Assembly (NCBI RefSeq): GCF_944385615.1
Contig: NZ_CALWXV010000003.1
Coordinates: 31,323-95,322, forward strand
Origin: an uncultured Flavonifractor sp.
GTDB lineage: Bacteria; Bacillota; Clostridia; Oscillospirales; Oscillospiraceae
DNA length: 64,000 bases
Direction: 5' to 3'
Within the stretch, counting starts at the first letter, position 1. The number at the start of each line of letters is the position of its first letter. Below are positions 58,116 to 64,000 of this stretch, piece by piece. The notes under the pieces are model-generated. The model made no database searches. It saw nothing but the letters and a program-made list of their open reading frames with translations, and was not told where the DNA came from. Made by a program: the position numbers and the translations under genes.

Positions 58116-58668
58116 GCTGCGGTTTGTGGACGCCTGTACCGAGGCCCACTTTGCCGCCATGAGCGCCATTCACTGTAGGGGCTGGCGGGCCGCCTATCCT
58201 GGCTATGTGCCCGACGACTACCTAAAAGAGGTGGTCACCGAGGAGCGGTGGGTTCCATTTTTTCGGGAAGACTACGCCACCAAAAGGTGCAAAGGATTTT
58301 TGCTTTACGAAAATGACCAGCCGGTAGCCTGCTGTAACTACGGTCCCATCCGAAATGGTCCCAGTCCCCGTCAGAGTGAAGAGCTGGTCATTGATTCCTC
58401 CCGTTATGAGGGATGGGGAGAAGTGATTTCGCTTTACACTGAGCCAGCCAGAACCGGTTTGGGGTATGGAGGTCTGCTGCTGGAGGAGGCGGTAGGCCGT
58501 CTGAAGGCCGCGGGGCATCCAGGCTGTGCCCTGTTTGTACTGCGGGAGAATACCGGGGCAAGGCGATTTTATGGGCGCCATGGCTTTGCCTGGGATGGCA
58601 CTGTACAGGAGGTTCCCTTTCCCCACAATATGGTGTGCCATGATCTGCGCTATGTGAAAATAGGATAA
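58108..58668 (+). CDS. GNAT family N-acetyltransferase
   Basis: HCRGWRAAYPG, EVISLY...GLGYGGLL, FVLREN..ARRFY.RHGF; start overlaps the plsR stop. Confidence 0.85.
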   Translation: MPELRFVDACTEAHFAAMSAIHCRGWRAAYPGYVPDDYLKEVVTEERWVPFFREDYATKRCKGFLLYENDQPVACCNYGPIRNGPSPRQSEELVIDSSRYEGWGEVISLYTEPARTGLGYGGLLLEEAVGRLKAAGHPGCALFVLRENTGARRFYGRHGFAWDGTVQEVPFPHNMVCHDLRYVKIG

Positions 58669-58769
58669 TCGCCCCGCGGGCTGCCACGCCGCTGGGGAAC
58701 AAAAGATCGGGGCGTGCGTCAGCACGCCCCGATTTCTCATAAGAAGGAAACGGATAGGAGGAATTTTGT

Positions 58770-60119
58770 TTGGAAGGAAATAAAATGGCGGTAATGCCGG
58801 TGCGCCGACTGCTGCTGAATATGTCCTGGCCCATGATGCTGTCTATGCTGATCCAGGCGCTGTATAACATGGTAGATAGCCTGTTTGTGGCCCAGTTGAG
58901 CCGGGACGGCTTTGAGGCGCTGGCGCTGGTCTATCCGGTACAGATGCTGATGGTGGCGGTATGTGTGGGTACCGGTGTGGGCTTTAATGCTCTGCTGGCC
59001 CGCCGCCTGGGCCAGCGCAGGGAAGAGGAGGCCGATCAAGTGGCCGCCAACGGCTACTTTGTCTATTTTGTATGTTGGCTGGTCTTTTTGGTGTTGGGGG
59101 TAGGGTTTGCCCGTCCCTTTCTGACACTATTCTCTGACGTGCCCCAACAAATTGAGTATGGCACACAGTACCTGTCCATTGTGACCGGGTTGTCCATTGG
59201 AGTCTGTATGCAGTTTGCGGGGGAGCGCACCCTCCAAGCCACCGGCAACACAGTAGGCCCCATGATTATCCAGGGAGTGGGAGCGGTGGTCAACCTGATC
59301 CTGGACCCGCTGTTTATTTTCGGGATCGGTCCCTTCCCCCGGATGGAAGTGGCGGGGGCGGCGCTGGCCACCGTGCTGGGGCAGATCGTGGGTCTGGCAG
59401 CCAGCTTCATCATGGTCCACCGCAGCCCGGTGATCCATCTGACCTTCCGGCGATTCCGTCCCAATGGGGAGATCATCCGCACCATGTTCCGGGTGGGCTT
59501 TCCCGCCATCTTGATGCAGGCGCTGTCCAGCTTCATGACCGTGGGTATGAACCTGATCCTGCCTCTGTTCACCCCCTTTGGTGTGTTTATTCTGGGGGCC
59601 TACTATAAGATCCAGTCTTTTATTTTCATGCCGCTCTACGGCATGAACAACGCTCTGGTGCCCATCATCAGCTTTAACTATGGAGCTAAAAGCAAAGAGC
59701 GCATTACAGGTACCATCCACTTTGCTCTGTTTCTGACTGTGGGCATCATGGCGGCAGGAACGCTGATCCTGCTGGTGCTGGCCGGACCCCTGCTGAGCTT
59801 GTTTGATGCCTCCGGTCCGCTGCTGGAAGCCGGTACCGCCGCGCTGCGGATCATTGCCCTTTCCTTTGTGTTTGCCGGTGTGTCCATCATCCTGTGCTCG
59901 GCGCTCCAGGCGCTGGGCTCTGCCAATGCCAGTCTGCTGATCTCTCTGCTGCGGCAGATCCTCCTGCTGCTCCCCGCCGCCGCAGTACTGGGCGCCCTGA
60001 GCGGCGGCCTGGTATGGTTTGCATTTCTGACAGCGGAGGTGCTCTCCTGTGGTGTGGCCCTGCTGCTCTACCGGCGGGTCTACCAGAAGAAAATCAGCAT
60101 TCTGGATAAAACTTCTTAG
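58770..60119 (+). CDS. MATE family efflux transporter
   Basis: PMMLSMLIQALYNMVDSLFV, NLILDPLFIFG, GAALATV, PIISFNYGAK. Confidence 0.92.
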   Translation: MEGNKMAVMPVRRLLLNMSWPMMLSMLIQALYNMVDSLFVAQLSRDGFEALALVYPVQMLMVAVCVGTGVGFNALLARRLGQRREEEADQVAANGYFVYFVCWLVFLVLGVGFARPFLTLFSDVPQQIEYGTQYLSIVTGLSIGVCMQFAGERTLQATGNTVGPMIIQGVGAVVNLILDPLFIFGIGPFPRMEVAGAALATVLGQIVGLAASFIMVHRSPVIHLTFRRFRPNGEIIRTMFRVGFPAILMQALSSFMTVGMNLILPLFTPFGVFILGAYYKIQSFIFMPLYGMNNALVPIISFNYGAKSKERITGTIHFALFLTVGIMAAGTLILLVLAGPLLSLFDASGPLLEAGTAALRIIALSFVFAGVSIILCSALQALGSANASLLISLLRQILLLLPAAAVLGALSGGLVWFAFLTAEVLSCGVALLLYRRVYQKKISILDKTS

Positions 60120-60138
60120 CGTTTGTGATTGCCCCAGA

Positions 60139-60180
60139 TCCAGCAAAACGGCCGCCCTTTCGGCGGCCGTTTTGCTGGAT
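60139..60180. terminator. Hairpin between convergent genes
   Basis: ATCCAGCAAAACGGCCG...CGGCCGTTTTGCTGGAT. Confidence 0.7.
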
Positions 60181-60203
60181 TGAAGGGCCCTGGACAATAG
60201 CGC

Positions 60204-60767
60204 TTATTCAGCGCTTGTGTGGCCCTCAGAGCTACTGGAGGAGGCTGTCACGCCGGCCAGAGGATCGCCCACCTCCACATTGGAGGCAACCTCAGAGGGG
60301 GAGAGAGGTTCTTCTTGTGGTTCCTCCTCTTCCCAAAGAGATTTGTGCTTTTTGGCTTTGGCGTTCTGGCTCATCAGGGCCATATTTTTAGCGGTCATAT
60401 ACAGCTCATGGCTATACTCTAACAGTTTGTTTTCATCTTTCATTGGCACATGGTCACCCTTAGAGATGCGCCGAAAGATTTCCAGAATCTTAAAAAGCTC
60501 CTCAGCGGCCTCCATCATGGCCTCGCCCTGCTGGCGGGCTGCCTCGGCGTTTTGGATGGCGGCATCCACGTTATTGAGGTCGTCCGCCACCTCTTGGGTC
60601 TGCTCGTACTCCTTTTCTATCGCGGCCAGCGCCTTGGAGAGTTCCACCCGGTCGTAGCTGGAGCTGACCGCCTGCTCGTCCTTGAGTAGGTCGGTGAGTT
60701 CTTTTTTCTTGTGATACAGGTTGTTAAGATGTTCTGACGTAATCCGCCGTGCCTCTCCCAATTTCAT
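60204..60767 (-). CDS. Conserved-looking hypothetical coiled-coil protein
   Basis: AAGGAGGT RBS; helical, charged; RRISKGDHVP.KDE.KLLEY..ELY..AK..A block. Confidence 0.75.
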   Translation of the reverse strand: MKLGEARRITSEHLNNLYHKKKELTDLLKDEQAVSSSYDRVELSKALAAIEKEYEQTQEVADDLNNVDAAIQNAEAARQQGEAMMEAAEELFKILEIFRRISKGDHVPMKDENKLLEYSHELYMTAKNMALMSQNAKAKKHKSLWEEEEPQEEPLSPSEVASNVEVGDPLAGVTASSSSSEGHTSAE

Positions 60768-60815
60768 GTGGCTACCTCCTTTTTGAAAGATGTTATGGAG
60801 TACCTTCTATAGGAT

Positions 60816-60842
60816 AAGTCGACCAAAACCTGAAACAAATTA
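60816..60842 (-). promoter_or_regulatory. Possible sigma-28 (SigD/FliA) promoter
   Basis: TAAT-N15-GTCGACTT versus consensus TAAA-N15-GCCGATAW. Confidence 0.4.
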
Positions 60843-60891
60843 AGGTTTTATTAAGATTAGGCCAGGGGCCTTTTCTTGACGTTTCGACAGA

Positions 60892-60930
60892 AAAACAGCG
60901 GCATGGAGCGTGGCTCCGTGCCGCTGTTTT
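60892..60930 (-). terminator. Terminator after mrr
   Basis: AAAACAGCGGCA...TGCCGCTGTTTT. Confidence 0.75.
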
Positions 60931-60937
60931 ATGCTAA

Positions 60938-61864
60938 TCAATCGTTATCGTCACTAAAAAAATCGGTGTCCAGCCGTTTGATCTGGTATACCGCTTCTGT
61001 AGACACACCAAGATTATATTCAATCATAAGTTTCGCTAAAGATTCACCATCAACCAGTACCACTTTTGTTGTGTGCTGTTTCTTGGCATATTCACGTGCA
61101 TCTTTGGTGAATTGTGCAGTGGTGATAAACAATCCCTTATTGGCCCCCTGACCTGCCAGTGCTCCAACAAATTTTTGAATTTCCGGCCTTCCAACGGAAG
61201 TTGTCCTATCCCATCGCTTTGCTTGGATATAAATCAGACTGAATCCCAGCTTATCCTCCCGGATAATACCGTCAATCCCTTCATCACCAGTCTGGCCAAC
61301 AACAAGCCCCGCGTTTTCTATAGAACCGCCATATCCCATATTTTCCAGCAACTGAACGACCATTTTTTCAAAAAAAGCAGGAGTTTGTTTCATGATCTCT
61401 GAGAGAAGGTCATCAGCCAGTGCGTGATTAATTTGTTGATAAGCAAGATCAAACGCGTCTTGAGGGGTCTGTCCGTCCAAATTTTCGGCGCTACTCTGTT
61501 TCGATTCAGTTGGTGATGTTTCAGCATGAATAAACTGCCGAAATGATTCAAACTGTTTCAAAAATGTATTGTCTAGAACAGGGGGATTAGAATCTAGTAC
61601 CTGCTTTCCGCGTGCGGTGAGTTGATAGGTTCCTCTAACCGGACGTTCAATCAGTTCTGCCTTTGATAAATAGGAACTTGCCCAAGCAACACGATTATCA
61701 AAAAGCCGTTGACGACCACTGGAGAGCAGTATCTGTCGTTCTTCCGGTGTAACATGCAGGCTACTGGCGATGGCATCCTTTATGTCTTTACGTTTATGAG
61801 GCTGCATATCAGCCAAACATTCCAGAAGTGCTCGATACATTTCATCGTATTTTGGAATTGCCAT
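60938..61864 (-). CDS. mrr: Mrr type IV (modification-dependent) restriction endonuclease
   Basis: MAIPKY, NRVAWA..YL.KA.LI (Mrr_N), FFE..V..LL..MGYG, GDEGIDG, YIQAKRW, FVGAL...GA.KG.FITT; visibly AT-richer than its flanks. Confidence 0.93.
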   Translation of the reverse strand: MAIPKYDEMYRALLECLADMQPHKRKDIKDAIASSLHVTPEERQILLSSGRQRLFDNRVAWASSYLSKAELIERPVRGTYQLTARGKQVLDSNPPVLDNTFLKQFESFRQFIHAETSPTESKQSSAENLDGQTPQDAFDLAYQQINHALADDLLSEIMKQTPAFFEKMVVQLLENMGYGGSIENAGLVVGQTGDEGIDGIIREDKLGFSLIYIQAKRWDRTTSVGRPEIQKFVGALAGQGANKGLFITTAQFTKDAREYAKKQHTTKVVLVDGESLAKLMIEYNLGVSTEAVYQIKRLDTDFFSDDND

Positions 61865-61919
61865 ACTGTTCACCTGTCCTTATTTTATTGTTTTTGATGC
61901 TTTCCATTTTCCCAACAAT

Positions 61920-61955
61920 AAAAAGTGGAGCATCCAGATGGATGCTCCACTTTTT
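61920..61955 (-). terminator. Terminator after tRNA-Ser
   Basis: AAAAAGTGGAGCATCC-AGAT-GGATGCTCCACTTTTT. Confidence 0.8.
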
Positions 61956-61972
61956 GGGGCAGAGCCCCGTTC

Positions 61973-62061
61973 TGGCGCAGCGGGAGGGATTCGAACCCTC
62001 GTGCGGTTGCCCGCAAACTGATTTCGAGTCAGCCCCGTTATGACCACTTCGATACCGCTGC
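61973..62061 (-). tRNA. tRNA-Ser (anticodon CGA)
   Basis: GCAGCGG/CCGCTGC acceptor stem, G73, encoded CCA, GCTGA-CT-CGA-AA-TCAGT anticodon arm, long variable arm, GAGGG-TTCGAAT-CCCTC T-arm. Confidence 0.95.
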
Positions 62062-62223
62062 GTATGCAAAGTTTGTGCCGGCGCAAAAGAACACGACACA
62101 GTATTATATAGGATACATTATTTTTGTGCGCTTGTCAATATTGCGGCGCGGCATAAAATGGGATATAATTGATAGCTGATACAGGCATGTCAAAACCGCG
62201 TCAACATACGCAAGGGGGAAAAC

Positions 62224-62793
62224 ATGGAAGAACTGAAACGACGCATACTCAGTGACGCGATCGTGGGTGAGGGGGACATTATTCATGTCGATATGTTCCT
62301 CAACCACTGTATGGATATGGATCTCATGGAGCGGATGGGTGCCGCTTTGGCCAAACGGTATCGGGGAGAGCGGATCACCAAAGTGCTGACCGCTGAGAGT
62401 TCCGGCATTGCGCTGGCCTGCTTTACCGCGAAAGCTCTGGATGTACCGGTGATCTACGCCAAGAAGTTTCAGACCGGCTACATCGACCCGGATGTGTATT
62501 CCGCAGAGACCCACTCCTTTTCGCTGGATAAATCCTATACCCTGCGGGTATCCAGAAAATACCTGACAGAGGACGACCGGGTGCTGCTGGTGGATGATAT
62601 TCTTTCCAACGGCCAGACGATGCTCAGTCTGCTGGAGCTGGTATCCAAATCGGGCGGGGAAGTGGTTGGCGTAGGCGTGGCCATTGAAAAGTCCATGCGG
62701 GAGGGCGGAAGAGTGCTGCGCCGGATGGGTATCCGGGTAGAGGCGCTGGCCACGGTGGAGGCCATTGAACATGGCCGAATCATGTTAGCATAA
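62224..62793 (+). CDS. xpt: Xanthine phosphoribosyltransferase
   Basis: VDMFLNH, ITKVLTAESSGIA, YAKK, VLLVDDILSNG PRPP motif, IEKS. Confidence 0.85.
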   Translation: MEELKRRILSDAIVGEGDIIHVDMFLNHCMDMDLMERMGAALAKRYRGERITKVLTAESSGIALACFTAKALDVPVIYAKKFQTGYIDPDVYSAETHSFSLDKSYTLRVSRKYLTEDDRVLLVDDILSNGQTMLSLLELVSKSGGEVVGVGVAIEKSMREGGRVLRRMGIRVEALATVEAIEHGRIMLA

Positions 62794-62806
62794 GAGGAAG
62801 AACACG

Positions 62807-63196
62807 ATGGAAGAACAAAAACACCCGTTGCTTCCCAACGCATTTGCTGAACACAATGGTATCCAATACAGAGTGGTTGGCCCGGAACAGGCGGAAGCGA
62901 CGCTGGAGGTCGTACCGGACAGCCTCAACCCCTATGGGCTGCTGCACGGAGGTGCCTATTATACCCTGGCCGACTGTGCCTGTGGCTGTGCCTGCCGGTC
63001 TGATGGCCGCCGGTATGTCACGCTTCACGGCGGCATCGACTTTATCCGCTCTGCCCGCAGCGGAAAAGTAACGGCCACCGCCCGGGTCCGGCATCGGGGT
63101 AAGAGTACTTGTCAGCTTGCCGTAGAAATCTGTGACGGGACAGGAACCCTGTTGGCTACCGGCGATTTTACCTTCTTCTGCATCAATCAGCACTGA
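62807..63196 (+). CDS. PaaI family hotdog-fold thioesterase
   Basis: NPYGLLHGGAYYTLAD motif. Confidence 0.9.
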   Translation: MEEQKHPLLPNAFAEHNGIQYRVVGPEQAEATLEVVPDSLNPYGLLHGGAYYTLADCACGCACRSDGRRYVTLHGGIDFIRSARSGKVTATARVRHRGKSTCQLAVEICDGTGTLLATGDFTFFCINQH

Positions 63197-64000
63197 TTGC
63201 AGGGCGGATCTTTTCTGGGGGACGGCTTGGGCGCCGTCCCTTTTTTTACTTCTGGGTCAGGCTTGCCTTCCATCCAGAGCTGCCAGATCACCACTGCCGC
63301 CAGCGGCGCCAGTAACAGCCCCAAGATACCGAAGAGCCGAAAGCCTCCATACATACTAATAAGCGCCACCAGGGGAGGAAGCCCTGCCCGCCGGCCGACC
63401 AGACGGGGCTCCAGAAGGCTGCGCACCAGGGTAACCAGTCCATACAGGAACAAAAGGCCAAATCCACGAAGCAGGTCTCCGCTCAGAAGCGCCCAGATCC
63501 CCCAGGGAACCAGCACTGTACCGCTTCCAAAGATGGGCAGAGCGTCCACCAGCGCGGTAAGGCCAGCCAGCAGGACAGCGGGTTCCACCCGCAGGAGAAG
63601 CAGGCCGACCGTTACCTGGGCAAAGGTAGCCATGAGAAGCAGCCCTTGAGCCCGCAGCCAGCCTCCGGCTGCCTGTACAGTAGCTTGCTGCCACCAACTA
63701 AGCCGGCTCTGCCAGTGGGACGGCAGCTGCCGGATTGCTGCCCGCAGGCCGGGGCGGCTTGCGCTGAAAAAGTAGGTGGCCAGAAAGAGGGTAAAGAGAA
63801 ACAGCCCGGCCGATGGCAGGGCGGAGAGGGTATTTGCCACCCAAGCCGCCCCGGTTTCTCCCATCTGTCCCGGCAAGGCCAGTGCGCTGCGGGCCAGCTC
63901 TTCTACCGCTTGGCGGGCTGGTTTCCGCAGATCGGAGGGAAGGGCTATAAAGAGACGGTACAGCCAGCTCTCCGCCTGGTCGGCCAGCGCGCTCAGATTC
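63187..64000 (-). CDS. ytvI: Sporulation integral membrane protein YtvI (AI-2E family), 5' truncated by window edge
   Basis: VDALPIFGSGTVLVPW, RSLLEPRLVG, GLPPL..LISMY.GF; reading frame stays open to the window end. Confidence 0.8.
   Translation of the reverse strand, partial: NLSALADQAESWLYRLFIALPSDLRKPARQAVEELARSALALPGQMGETGAAWVANTLSALPSAGLFLFTLFLATYFFSASRPGLRAAIRQLPSHWQSRLSWWQQATVQAAGGWLRAQGLLLMATFAQVTVGLLLLRVEPAVLLAGLTALVDALPIFGSGTVLVPWGIWALLSGDLLRGFGLLFLYGLVTLVRSLLEPRLVGRRAGLPPLVALISMYGGFRLFGILGLLLAPLAAVVIWQLWMEGKPDPEVKKGTAPKPSPRKDPPCNQC

Noticed and set aside
60768-61972. Prophage or integrative element at tRNA-Ser
   Set aside because: No integrase, phage genes or duplicated tRNA 3' end seen
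62170-62223. Purine riboswitch upstream of xpt
   Set aside because: The leader after the TTGCGG-N17-TATAAT promoter is about 50 nt and lacks the purine aptamer core

Overview
High-GC chromosomal segment of a spore-forming anaerobic Firmicute, most likely Oscillospiraceae-like (inferred from GC content, gene set and ylmC/ytvI sporulation genes). It is mostly core or metabolic genes: glmS, dinB, murB-rapZ-yvcK-whiA-dnaE-cls, clpC, malQ, xpt, tRNA-Ser(CGA), an FMN riboswitch with ribU, and three MATE pumps. It also holds a lactate-utilisation locus (lctP / larA-lctD-etfB-etfA-acyl-CoA dehydrogenase-FadR regulator, with two operators), the anaerobic plasmalogen operon plsA-plsR, and a low-GC mrr gene beside the tRNA. 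The best candidate for an undescribed system is an ECF sigma factor coupled to a membrane-anchored serpin (33639-35579). The serpin's N-terminus looks like an anti-sigma tail and its reactive loop looks inhibitory (P1-P1' Ala-Ser), suggesting a possible protease-sensing sigma switch. Other leads: a promoter motif shared by both ECF operons, a LexA box at a SLOG/YpsA-family gene, and a small SASP-like ORF coupled to a stand-alone clpC. No CRISPR array, IS element or prophage was seen. All family assignments are from motif recognition, not database searches.
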